A stretch of DNA of 63,873 nt, counting the filler, from Guillardia theta CCMP2712 (lineage: Eukaryota; Protista; Cryptophyta): the NCBI RefSeq assembly GCF_000315625.1. It is 5 parts of 5 records of this genome, joined end to end, with 100 filler letters (N's around TTAATTAATTAA, not from the genome) between each part and the next. Parts side by side here need not be neighbours in the genome. Positions count along the whole stretch, not along the records: positions 42,588 to 54,177 come from NW_005434291.1; positions 54,278 to 59,995 come from NW_005434407.1; 3 more parts are not named here. One strand, given 5' to 3'. The position numbers and the translations under genes are program-made. Within the stretch, counting starts at the first letter, position 1. Every line of letters begins with the position of its first letter. Positions 46,723 through 57,837 of the stretch are shown piece by piece. The notes under the pieces were generated by a model, which saw only the letters and a list, made by a program, of their open reading frames with translations, was not told the origin of the DNA and did no database searches.

Positions 46723-49700
46723 CCGCAAGCTCGTCATGCAGCCTATGCGGTCAATTCTCTATATCGCCAGCAGGTAGCTCGCTCAGATCTCAATGTACTT
46801 GTGTCTCCGGTGCTATTCCGGTTGGATATCAGACTGGAATATGCCTGCCTTGTTCTGCAGGCAGTTACAGGTCAGAGGATGGATCTTCGTGTCGATTGTG
46901 TCCTTCTGGAACTTTTAACAAAAATTTTGGATCCGATAGTATCATGTCCTGCCAACCATGTCCGCTCAACTCCACCACGTCTCAACCGGGATCTATTTCT
47001 CCTGGAGACTGCTTGTGCAAACAAGGTTTTTACAGCAGCGGAAGCACTTTTTGTACTCTATGTCCACTGGGCTTTTACAAAGACACTATCAGCAATACTT
47101 TGTGCTTACCATGCAAACCTGGGACCTACAGTCTCGTGGAGGGTGCAACTTCTTCCATGGCCTGTGTTGACAAATATGCATACACCCCTACACCTCCAAA
47201 CGCTATTGAAATTGCGCCGTTACCACCTATTCTCAATATTCGAGGAATTTCCGATAATACTGGAGCATACCAATCATATGCTGTAGTAAATATTTCGGAT
47301 TCAACTGATAGATGTTCTGTTTTCGCAGGCTTGAATGTGCAAACTATTTCATGTTCTGCGAGTGGCACGATATCAAGTTTGGTAATGATCATTCTTGAGT
47401 CTTCCAGTCTCAAAGCCATTACTTGTTGTTCGGGCAAGGGCAGTCAAATTCTTTCCAATGATTTAGTCATCGTTCCATTTGCCTACCTTGAAATAGATTT
47501 GATAATATCTCCAAGTGACGCACCGAATATCGATATATCTAAGCTGGATCCAACCATCCAAACGATTGTATCGGTCCTCAATGTTTGGACTGAAATCATC
47601 ACTACCGTATCCTTTCAAGGCTTGAATCGAAGGCAATCCAACTTTGTGCAGCCATCGTTTCGGGTACTTGCTATCTCTACGCAGGACGCCAACGATTTGA
47701 AATACAAAGCAGAAAATAACCTTGCCGATGCCTTTTTTAAAGCTTTTGGGTGGAGGGTGCAGGTAAAATGTAAAATTGTCCAACAGAAAAGCGCAAAATC
47801 TGGACTAAAGCTTGATTTTATTTTGAGCATTGTTGGAGGGGGTGTTGGCACTCTGATTTTGGCATACACTTTGAGGAGAAAACGAACAGATTTGTCAAAA
47901 AGCTTAAAGGTGGCATTTCGAAAAATGTCCATTCTCGCTAAAATTGGATCAAGTGAACAGCTTGATAATTCTCATGAATCAGTTGCTGAAAGTACTTCTG
48001 CAAGCTCATCGTTGATCATACACGAAATAGAGAATGGTATTCCCTTCGAAGAATCAACAGCCAGTATTGGACTGAGCTGTGTTGCAGCACCTGACACATT
48101 ACAAAAAACAGCTCGAAACTCATTTTTCTTGTTGGACGATGATCAACTCAAATTGATCACATGCCATAGATGTTTTGAACAGAAAACAGATAACGACATT
48201 GAAGAAAAACACTTCTCGCAAAGAGCAGTTCAAGATCAGAACAGCGAAAGCTTCCATGATTCAGAGCTTGAAGAGCAAGAAACAGCAGAATCTTCAAAGA
48301 CGAGAGATTCCAATTCCACCGAACCTGCAGCAGTACTGTCGGAAGGGCCCACACGGCAGAGGCCCGACGATCTGTTTTCCAAGCTGGTCACGGAGCCTGA
48401 GGTACCTTCCTGGCTTGAGGAGTTGAAGCGCAGGCGTCAGATGTCCACGGAGCCTTCCGACGAGAGCAGCAAATATCCCGCTGACGCAGTTGCGACGATG
48501 CTATCGGAAGGGCCCACACGGCAGAGGCCCGACGATCTGTTTTCCAAGCTGGTCACGGAGCCTGAGGTACCTTCCTGGCTTGAGGAGTTGAAGCGCAGGC
48601 GTCAGATGTCCACGGAGCCTTCCGACGAGAGCAGCAAATATCCCGCTGACGCAGTTGCGACGATGCTATCGGAAGGGCCCACACGGCAGAGGCCCGACGA
48701 TCTGTTTTCCAAGCTGGTCACGGAGCCTGAGGTACCTTCCTGGCTTGAGGAGTTGAAGCGCAGGCGTCAGATGTCCACGGAGCCTTCCGACGAGAGCAGC
48801 AAATATCCCGCTGACGCAGTTGCGACGATGCTGTCGGAAGGGCCCACACGGCAGAGGCCCGACGATCTGTTTTCCAAGCTGGTCACGGAGCCTGAGGTAC
48901 CTTCCTGGCTTGAGGAGTTGAAGCGCAGGCGTCAGATGTCCACGGAGCCCTCCGACGAGAGCAGCAAATATCCCGCTGACGCAGTTGCGACGATGCTGTC
49001 GGAAGGGCCCACACGGCAGAGCATAGCGTTGCTTTTCCGGCCGGGCGCTCATAGGAAAAATTGGCAAGATTTTTTTTTTTTCGAAGGGCCTGTGGGGTCC
49101 CTTCATTTCATGCCATGTGGGAGTACCCTACTTTGAGAAGGCGTGTAGGAGGGTACTCGCTCTTAGGAAAATCGTTGCTGCGCAGGGCCAAAGAGGGGTA
49201 GGGTGATTTGAATTTGGTTGCTTGGACACCTCACCACCGTCGGCACGCCAAAACCAAAGTAAAAGTACGAGTTTTAGAAGTATCTGTGGTACCAACTTAA
49301 TATTGCAGCGTTTATATGGTACAAAACGAGGGCCAAACTGGTCGGAACTTCGACTTCCGAGAACCCCTCCGTTTGACTTTCGTTGGGGGGTGGGGTGGGT
49401 ATGGAGCATCCTCAACTACCCACCTTTGAACCAGTTTGAAACTGTGTGATAGGGGTTGGGGGGTAGCCCCCATTTCTCATTCCCCAAGCCCCCTCTCCCT
49501 GGACGAGCAAGAGGCGATGAAATGGTGCCTTCCTGACTCGCGAGGATGAACCTTGACATTGAGAGACTTCGAATCCAACCCAACTGAGATAGGAATGAGA
49601 TGAAGATCTCATATCATACCTGTAAGAGATGATCGAGCTTCTTTCTCAACTCTGCAGGTTGGGCCAAGGTTTGAATCATCCATCGCGTACTGGAATATGC

Positions 49701-52700
49701 ACCCTAGGTACAAACAATCCGCGTGTGTACTCGAAAATATTCTTCGAAGACAAGATGAAATTTTCATGAACAGCTAAGCAACTAATGATAGATTCACCAT
49801 TGAACAGAATCAACTCTGATTGACCCTTCTTTCAAATTGCCGTAGGTTGAACGTTGAGCTCAAATGCATGATTTGTGAGAAATTTGTATCAAACTGTACC
49901 TTAAGCGACTTTGCTGTCTAAATATGTGTTCTCATGTCATCACTCACTTTCAATTCTTCTAATCTTACGGTCAGGATTCATGCACCTCACTTTTCTATAG
50001 AGAAAGCTTTACATGCTCAACCGTTCAATGATGCATGAAGAGACGTTTGCACAAAGGATTTCTTTACCTGCCAGGATAGATGACTTTGAATCATCGTTGT
50101 TGATCATGAATCACTATACCCATGATCAAGTGCATTGACAATTGCATTTCCATGTTTCATGACGTTGGATGATTTTTCTGCATTGCAACTAAGTTCTTCC
50201 TCTGTCATGACATTTCCACAACGCTGCAGAAACCTAGTTAGAAATGAAACAATGTGCAGATGAATCTGATATCAATAAATGAGATGTTCTTCGAATCAAT
50301 CCTGCCTTGTTTGGACAGTTCGCAATGCTACCATGCAACAGTAGAGTTCCTGTCGCATTTGGCTCTACAGAGGAGTGCCTTGTTCAACAGAGCAAGCACT
50401 CGATGATTGTAAACGAACCACAAACACTGTGAATCAATAAACAGAATTCCACATTCAGGTGATCATATCTTTATTACAAGCGTTTCAATCTGGGTAAAAG
50501 CACAACCGACCTCCTTGTAATCCTGACGACGTTCCATCTTTTGCCTGGCGAAGGTATTTCTGTGTTAACCAAGAAGCATGTGACATGTAGCCACATCATA
50601 AATGCTGTACGGCCTGGAATACCAGCATCTTCAAAGTGCTCGTGTTTGCTGTGACCGTATCATCTGCTTGGCAGCGGCTCATTGATGGACACACGATCTG
50701 ATGCAAGTTCACACCAGTAATATTTAGATGATGCATCATGTGATCAAATGGCATAGACCTTGGTGATTTGCAACATGTTTCATCGTTCCAACACATCCTT
50801 GAAAACCGGATGAAGAATCCTTCACGAACCACTGGACTTGCTTGTTATCATTCGATAGTGCTGTGGATCATCGTGGTTTCAAGCAATCGAGCAGCTCACT
50901 GCTAAAATGCACTGTATTTCTTGCGAGCCTATCAGCCATCATCGTGAAGACATGTGTTCTTGAGCTCACTGGTGACTGTACGGCTTTTGAACAATCCAGT
51001 CACCGTCGGATGATGATTCCCTGTCGCCTTGTGTGTAATCTCCATCCATCTACTCCAACTCAGTTTCCCTGTCATGCATCGCAGATAGCTTAGGGTATTT
51101 CACAACCCGGTTTCGATTGCAACGTATCCCTGTGATGGTGATTTTCACTTGTATTATTGATGCTCTTCGCTCACCAAACGATTTTTCGTGAGATCCACGC
51201 ACTGTACGAAGCACTCCTCAAGGATCATCATCTCTACACCTCAGGAATTTCCCATGAGGAGGTTCGGTGAACATCTGATGTCTGCACACGCTGCCGCGGG
51301 CTCGCTGTTTGCGAGCCATGGTTAGGGCAGTACAGAGCGGTGCGACGTGCCTCGAACAAGGGGAGGCTCATGGCGTGTAGAGAGGTCGTTCAAACTCGTT
51401 TATAAAATTGTACCATAAGAAGGCTCTACAAATTAGTTAGTAGACTACCCCATGATCTCACTGCAACTTCTGGGGTGCAGCCCTACTTCTCTGTTTATAC
51501 TCAACCATTCCACAATACAGTTTAAAATATCTTATTGGAAAACAACATCAGAGTTATAAACCTGAAATTTGGACCCTGTTTGAAATCCTCAAACACGCCA
51601 CCCCCCAATCCACATAGAAAGCAGAACAACCCCCTCACGGGAAAACATACACCCCAAAGCAGAAAAAGCAAAATGTCAACGCTATGGCCCGACGATCTGT
51701 TTTCCAAGCTGGTCACGGAGCCTGAGGTACCTTCCTGGCTTGAGGAGTTGAAGCGCAGGCGTCAGATGTCCACGGAGCCTTCCGACGAGAGCAGCAAATA
51801 TCCCGCTGACGCAGTTGCGACGATGCTATCGGAAGGGCCCACACGGCAGAGGCCCGACGATCTGTTTTCCAAGCTGGTCACGGAGCCTGAGGTACCTTCC
51901 TGGCTTGAGGAGTTGAAGCGCAGGCGTCAGATGTCCACGGAGCCTTCCGACGAGAGCAGCAAATATCCCGCTGACGCAGTTGCGACGATGCTGTCGGAAG
52001 GGCCCACACGGCAGAGGCCCGACGATCTGTTTTCCAAGCTGGTCACGGAGCCTGAGGTACCTTCCTGGCTTGAGGAGTTGAAGCGCAGGCGTCAGATGTC
52101 CACGGAAGCATGTTTTGGATATCTGGTGGATGGTGAATTCGTGTCAAGGCAAGATAATAGGTCTGGGAAAGTAGATATCTCAGCGCTATACTCCAGCGAC
52201 GGTCAACAAGTATTTGATCGAGTCAGGCATGAATTATTTCATTGGCCTAAATTGAAGCCGTCAAGAATCAGCTCCCAACGCCTTCCGGAAGCAAACTTAG
52301 AAGAGGGGTCCCAGTCTGATTCCATTCATCATAATGTTTTTGAAAAGGTGTTACGGTTCTGGTTGCGTAAAGAAACCAAGCAAATGAAAACCTCTTTGCA
52401 AACAAGGTAAGTCGATTGCTTTTCTTTTTTGTTGTTGTTGTTGGGGGTTGGGAGGATAGGCTTATTGCCAATTCAGATCTATACAAGCAATGTCTATCGA
52501 GATGGAATTAGGGATACTTTCATCTTGTGTTCAGGATTCACAATCAAAGTTTCAACCACTTCGAATTGTGAGCGAGACTCGATTTGAGACAAAACTTGGT
52601 CCAGAGGGAACTGAGAAGCAGATGAAGAAAAAAGCCAAAAGATTCATCAACTTTCAACCCAGATTGCCAGGCACCGCAGAGTTGAGCAATGCTTTCAATG

Positions 52701-53330
52701 GGAATCTCAAGATTCATGACAAAATGTCGGCAATCATCGAAGATCAGAATGAAATAGAGGAAATACAAGAAGAATCTCAACTTGTGAACGGAGTGCAAAT
52801 ATTAAAACTGCAGCATGACATCATGACTGCTGACTGTAAGGAAGTCTCAGAAACCTTGGTGGTGCCGAAAACTTGTTTTCAAAAAACAGAAATCTACAAT
52901 CCTGTGAATAGAATTCGACGGAAGATGCTTATTGAACGCAGGTGAGGAATTCTGTGATAATTACCTTCTATCTGTTGATTCGAATGTCAGGCTCTTGGAA
53001 ACCTCGTTGCCTGCCAAAGCGAAGGGTGCAGTGCTGTGTTTTCCTATTTTCGAATGTAACTCAAATGAACCAGAAGTGCAAACACCAGGGTATATTGCTT
53101 CAGTTCTCATTTCAATTTTGACGAGTGATTTCAGAACGAATCTCCATTTTGACTCTGAAGATTGTGAGACGGCACATTGCTTTGACCTAATGACCAGGTA
53201 TGACAAGTAATCATCAATGATCATGTTGAGTTTTAAAGTTTTTGTGCAGATCCAATCGAGTTTCTCAGGTTATTGATGTAGAAATGGGTTGGCTGGTAAC
53301 TCTTCCAGAGGATGACTCTCAAACATGAAC
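42588..53330 (+). CDS. Giant Cys-rich type I membrane protein (GCC2/GCC3-type repeats, one TM helix, repetitive cytoplasmic tail); 5' end in gap, tail interrupted by an insertion, 3' end approximate
   Basis: Dozens of C-x-x-C-P-x-G-[ST]-Y units. TM FILSIVGGGVGTLILAYTL followed by RRKR near 47820-47885. The frame resumes at 51687, with further exons after a GTAAG donor at about 52407. Confidence 0.75.
48336..52107 (+). repeat. 165-bp (55-aa) coding tandem repeat, six units plus a partial seventh; the fifth is split by the insertion
   Basis: Unit starts at 48336, 48501, 48666, 48831, 48996, 51826 and 51991. Confidence 0.95.
49022..51686. mobile_element. 2665-bp insertion with 10-bp TIRs (CATAGCGTTG...CAACGCTATG) and no target-site duplication
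   Basis: The empty site CAGAG^GCCCGAC is known from sister repeats, and the repeat phase shifts by exactly 2665 bp. No recognisable transposase ORF. Confidence 0.88.
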
Positions 53331-53839
53331 AGAGAGGGGGTCAGGGGTTGGACGGAGAGGTATGCAGAAGCACCAAAATGTCTGGCAGCATTCATCGTAG
53401 TGTCTTTGAACTAGAACATGTCATGGATTAACAAATGGCATTTCCATATGGCGGTCTTATGGAATCCAAAGGACATGCCATGCCTAACGATAGTGTCACT
53501 TGCCTGGTTTTCTCAATGATTTTGGATCTCAATAGTATTTGAATAGCAAATCTTGTGTTTATTAGCGATTCAACCGTTTCTAATCCTATCTTGTTCTCTC
53601 ATATGGGACTTAAATTTACCGTGTAAAGATAATTTGAACTTCTTGGTTCTCTTGACTTTTCCTTGCTAAATCTACCATGTTGCTTACAGTCGACACAGGT
53701 TCTTTGATAGAAGACAGTGTCAAATGCTATCACTGACTTGGAAGGCAACCGAGAATGATTGAAACTTGAAATCATTGAGCATCTACTGAGTCAGATAGAT
53801 GGACTCTCACAGGAGCAAAAGCCTTTAGGAGAGAGAGAG

Positions 53840-54177
53840 AACCCTAAACCCTAAAGGCAAGAGAAGAAGCTTGGCAGAGCTGACCCAGCTTTAATTCTTG
53901 GCTGAGAAACGTGATCATGACTGCAACATTCAGATACTCTTGCATACTGGTCGACTGGAGGAGGAAAGACCTGAACGACTTGGACAGCTTGTGCAACTTC
54001 AGAACTTTCGCTAGAAGAGCTGATCCGAAGACTGGAACACGAGGCCGCCAACGGCGGGCCGAACTGCCAGGTCACGAGATCCCTGTTAGACTAGAATAGG
54101 GCAAGGTGATAACAAGCCATGCAACCTACCTAGCACGCCAGGTGTAGGGGAAGCCGCCCGGGCGCTTAGGGTTTAGG
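53840..54177. repeat. Short inverted TTTAGGG-type telomeric motifs
   Basis: AACCCTAAACCCTAAA at 53840-53855 and TTAGGGTTTAGG at 54166-54177 (contig end). Confidence 0.55.
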
Positions 54178-54277
54178 NNNNNNNNNNNNNNNNNNNNNNN
54201 NNNNNNNNNNNNNNNNNNNNNTTAATTAATTAANNNNNNNNNNNNNNNNNNNNNNNNNNNNNNNNNNNNNNNNNNNN
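54178..54277. other. Assembly gap linker
   Basis: 44N-TTAATTAATTAA-44N. Confidence 0.98.
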
Positions 54278-55084
54278 CACGTGACCGAGACAAGACTTTT
54301 TAATATAGAAGATCCAAAAACCCATAGGACATTTGTCCCAGGGAGAAGAGAACCTCCCTTGACCCCCCTGTTTCTCGACGGATCTGCCGGCTGGGCCCGT
54401 CAGTAGACCGACTGCAGCATTCAGCCCCGCCTCAGACCCCATGGAGGCCCGCCAGGAGGTTAAGTGTCAGGAGATTGGCCGGGGGCCCGATCTCTCCGGG
54501 CGGCCGTGACCGGTCAGCGGACAGTGTCAGCAGGCCCGTGACATGTCAGCCGGTTGACAGGGGCCGTGACCCGGCTGACAGGCTCACAAGACCGGTCACG
54601 TGACACATCACGTGACCGAGACAAGACTTTTTTATATCGCAGATCCAAAAACCCATAGGACATTTCTCCCAGGGGGAAGAAAACCTCCCTTGACCCCCCT
54701 GTTTCTCGACGGATCCTGCCGGCCGGGCCCGTCAGTAGACCGACTGCAGCCTTCAGCCCCGCCTCAGACCCCCTGGAGGCCCGCCAGGAGGCTAAGTGTC
54801 CGGAGATTGGCCGGGGGCCTGATCTCTCCGGGCGGCCGTGACCGGTCAGCGGACCGTGTCAGCAGGCCCGTGACATGTCAGCCGGCTGACAGGGGCCGTG
54901 ACCCGGCTGACAGGCTCACCTGACCGGTCACGTGACACATCACGTGACCGAGACAAGACTTTTTTATATCGCAGATCCAAAAACCCATAGGACATTTCTC
55001 CCAGGGGGAAGAAAACCTCCCTTGACCCCCCTGTTTCTCGACGGATCCTGCCGGCCGGGCCCGTCAGTAGACCGACTGCAGCCT
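54278..55084 (+). repeat. Left array of the 332-bp unit (one diverged, one full, one partial)
   Basis: Units start CACGTGACACATCACGTGACC at 54597 and 54929. Confidence 0.95.
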
Positions 55085-55190
55085 GAAATCGCAGCGCGAT
55101 GTGGCATGCTCGGAGACGATTGCCAAGGCCGATGCGGTAAGGGACGACATCAAGATGGTGAAGGCGAGGATCTGCGAGGCGCCGCTCTGA
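55085..55190 (+). pseudogene. 3' stub of a plus-strand gene cut by the left repeat array
   Basis: Open frame KSQRDVACSETIAKADAVRDDIKMVKARICEAPL* followed by AATAAA at 55205-55210. Confidence 0.5.
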
Positions 55191-55215
55191 GGCTTTTCAT
55201 TATAAATAAAGTGCT

Positions 55216-55992
55216 TTACACTGCGTCATCCTCGCTCATGTCGGACCCACCCATGTCGGACCATTCCTCCTCCTCGTACTCTTCCTCTCTCGGTGGCGGG
55301 GGCTGCCTATTCTGCAAGACGTTTCTGGTATGCTCTATCCTCTCTTCGATCAGGACGACGAGGACACTGTGCACGCTGTCCATGATCTTCGCCGCGATGT
55401 AAGCAAAGCTGTGGCGGCTGGGCCGTTGGAGGATGGGCTCGATCCGGCTCCAGATGGACCTCCATGCTCTTGTGAAATCATGCATGCGTCGGATGTAGTC
55501 GTCCATGCGGGTTTCCATAGTATCAGAGGCGTTGGGGTGCATGTAAATGGCCACCAACATGCTTTGCACTAGGTGCGGTGTTTCCGGGAGTGGTCGTTCA
55601 TCGCCGAGAGCGGCGCTTATCAGCCTCACGCTAGTGAACAGGCTGATGAGGTTGATGATTGCATGCATTTTGTCGGGAAAATGGCTCTGATTAAAATTGG
55701 AAACGTACTCTTCCGCGCGCCGCATGCATTGGGTATGCACGAAGCTCCACAGGCGTGTGCGGATCAGGTTCGTCATCCGCATGTTGCGCCGGATGCAAGA
55801 TAAGATGATGTGAAGCTCAAGACCAAGTATGCCAAGATTAGGTCCAATGTTTTCGTTCCACATCCTTTGTGTCACCTCGTTGTCCTGCGTGAAGCAAGCG
55901 CGCACCTGCTCTCTGAGCACGTGCGCGGGTGGTCCATGCGGGCGCCGGAATCTCCGGATGAACATGTCAACCAGCTCGTCATACGGGTCCAT
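55216..55992 (-). CDS. Unknown alpha-helical protein, paralogue A (258 aa)
   Basis: Intronless. Shares MDxY..LV, C[FL]TxD...T...WN, RLWxFV and RP..[HY]xFx[YF]I.A[KH]I with B and C. Confidence 0.85.
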   Translation of the reverse strand: MDPYDELVDMFIRRFRRPHGPPAHVLREQVRACFTQDNEVTQRMWNENIGPNLGILGLELHIILSCIRRNMRMTNLIRTRLWSFVHTQCMRRAEEYVSNFNQSHFPDKMHAIINLISLFTSVRLISAALGDERPLPETPHLVQSMLVAIYMHPNASDTMETRMDDYIRRMHDFTRAWRSIWSRIEPILQRPSRHSFAYIAAKIMDSVHSVLVVLIEERIEHTRNVLQNRQPPPPREEEYEEEEWSDMGGSDMSEDDAV

Positions 55993-55998
55993 CGAGCT

Positions 55999-56760
55999 CT
56001 AGGCGTCGCGACACGGTGAGATGCATTTATAGATGGAGTCATTGTTAGTTGTAGCCAGAATCCGAGGACGTTTCACAGTGATTTGGGTGGTAGGGTTAAT
56101 TTCTTGTGCAGTCTGAAGCCGTTGCGATATATGTTGTACGAGCATGTCCTCGGTATTTTGTATGATCTTTGCCAGGATGTAATCGAATCTGTGATTTCGG
56201 GGCCGTTGCAAGATGCGCTGTGCTTGCGAATGAATGTTCCTGAATTGTCGCAAGATGCTTTCCATGGTGGAGATGTAGGCTATCCACGAATCCGTTGTTC
56301 CTTCCGCTATATACGAAGTATATCGAGTGAAGGTTATGCGACATTGTTCCAGGCCGTCAATTATTTGTTCATCTGGCATGCATTTCACTATTTTTTGAAT
56401 GAGGAATGCAAGGTATAGGTTTGCTTTTATCATATCTGGGTCGTGGTAATGTGTCCCGTAGAAATCCTGCGTATTTTTCCTTGCTTGGCGCATCGCGTTT
56501 TTGTTCACGAAATCCCAAAGCCGTTGCTTCAGTATTGGGGTCAGCTGCAATCCATAACGCAGACCAACCGAGATCATACGCAATGCTCCCCATATGTCTG
56601 CAAGATGGTTGTTCATCAACGCGTTCCACCTATCGCGCGTCTCGTCGTCATCGACAGTGAGACAGTTGTTGATGCTCTGTCTCATTTCCTCCATGTCGAC
56701 GTTGGTTCCGCTTGCCAGCTCGCGTGCGAGTATGTCGACGAGCCTATTGTACTCGTCCAT
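55999..56760 (-). CDS. Unknown alpha-helical protein, paralogue B (start MDEYNRLV)
   Basis: Same conserved blocks as A and C. Start chosen by paralogue alignment and TATA spacing. Confidence 0.85.
   Translation of the reverse strand: MDEYNRLVDILARELASGTNVDMEEMRQSINNCLTVDDDETRDRWNALMNNHLADIWGALRMISVGLRYGLQLTPILKQRLWDFVNKNAMRQARKNTQDFYGTHYHDPDMIKANLYLAFLIQKIVKCMPDEQIIDGLEQCRITFTRYTSYIAEGTTDSWIAYISTMESILRQFRNIHSQAQRILQRPRNHRFDYILAKIIQNTEDMLVQHISQRLQTAQEINPTTQITVKRPRILATTNNDSIYKCISPCRDA
56022..56031 (-). promoter_or_regulatory. TATA box TATAAATGCA of paralogue A
   Basis: Begins 39 nt upstream of the ATG at 55992. Confidence 0.7.
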
Positions 56761-56788
56761 GCTGAGTTTGAATAAGAATCTACTAGCC

Positions 56789-56798
56789 TGCATTTATA
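56789..56798 (-). promoter_or_regulatory. TATA box TATAAATGCA of paralogue B
   Basis: Begins 38 nt upstream of the ATG at 56760. Confidence 0.7.
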
Positions 56799-56809
56799 GG
56801 AGTATGAGT

Positions 56810-57601
56810 TTAATCGGTGTCTGGCCATATCTCGTCCTCAGCGGTGATGTCATCGTCCAAGTCTGCGTATGTCCTGGAAGACCGTTTTTGCTGCCCAGGG
56901 ATATTGTCGCCCTCCCTCTCGATTTGTTCAATCGATGTAAGCGCGTCTTGCATGCTCTGGGTTGCCCATGCAAGGATCATCTGCCCGGTGCTGTCTATGA
57001 TATGTGCAACGATGAATGCAAATTTGTAGTTGCGCGGTCTGGTCATGACAAGCTTTGCACGTCGTCGAAGGATTCGGTATTCCTGTAGGATAGTTTCCAA
57101 TGCTGTGATGTGGTCTGTCCAGGCCTGTCTATTGCTTCTTTGCCTTCCACGGGGGTTGGTCTGTTGTTCTCGCTGGAACAAAAAGCGGAAGTCTTCCAGG
57201 CCAGCTACCAGCTCCTCGTCTTGAAATTCTTGCAGTAGTTGTTGGACACGTGATGCTGTGTACAGCGTTGTTTGGATGTAGAAAAGTTGGTTGGATTCTT
57301 CGAATCGCTGGATGTTCGATCTTGTTTGTTGCATCGTAAGCCTGTACACAAACTCCCATAGCCGTTTTCTCAGTAGTGGGGTCATCTGCAACCCATTATT
57401 AATACAAAACGAGATTTCCAATATCTCATAAGTGATGTTTTCATGGGCCTCGTTCAGCATTGCATTCCACATCTCCCGTGTATCGTTGTTGTCGATGGTG
57501 AGACAGTTGTTCACCCGCTGTCTCATCTCGTTCATGTCGGTGTCGTGTGCATGTACAAATGCATGTGCCAACAAATTTACGATGTTGCGATATGCATCCA
57601 T
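56810..57601 (-). CDS. Unknown alpha-helical protein, paralogue C (start MDAYRNIV)
   Basis: Same conserved blocks; acidic C-terminal tail as in A. Confidence 0.85.
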   Translation of the reverse strand: MDAYRNIVNLLAHAFVHAHDTDMNEMRQRVNNCLTIDNNDTREMWNAMLNEAHENITYEILEISFCINNGLQMTPLLRKRLWEFVYRLTMQQTRSNIQRFEESNQLFYIQTTLYTASRVQQLLQEFQDEELVAGLEDFRFLFQREQQTNPRGRQRSNRQAWTDHITALETILQEYRILRRRAKLVMTRPRNYKFAFIVAHIIDSTGQMILAWATQSMQDALTSIEQIEREGDNIPGQQKRSSRTYADLDDDITAEDEIWPDTD

Positions 57602-57630
57602 GTTGGGTTTGAATGCATAGACACCGCGCA

Positions 57631-57640
57631 TGCATTAATA
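57631..57640 (-). promoter_or_regulatory. TATA-like box TATTAATGCA of paralogue C
   Basis: Begins 39 nt upstream of the ATG at 57601. Confidence 0.65.
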
Positions 57641-57837
57641 CGATGAGAATCAATGACAACGATCAGGTTAATGTTCAATGATCATGACAATGGTCAGGAC
57701 AATGATCAATATGCTGAACAATGGTCATGTCAACGAATGACATGACTGTCAATGGACGAGGCAATAAACAGTGTTTGAAGCAATAGTCAATACAATGGTC
57801 AATGATAACGGTAATATTCAATGAGCAAAACAATGAA

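Noticed and set aside
49022-51686. Fanzor/TnpB or IS607-like identity for the no-TSD insertion
   Set aside because: No RuvC, Zn-finger or serine-recombinase motifs are visible, it has TIRs, and GG is not present at both junctions.
54600-54923. 107-aa ORF repeated in each 332-bp unit
   Set aside because: GTG start, GC-rich repeat-derived composition, and no protein-like motifs.
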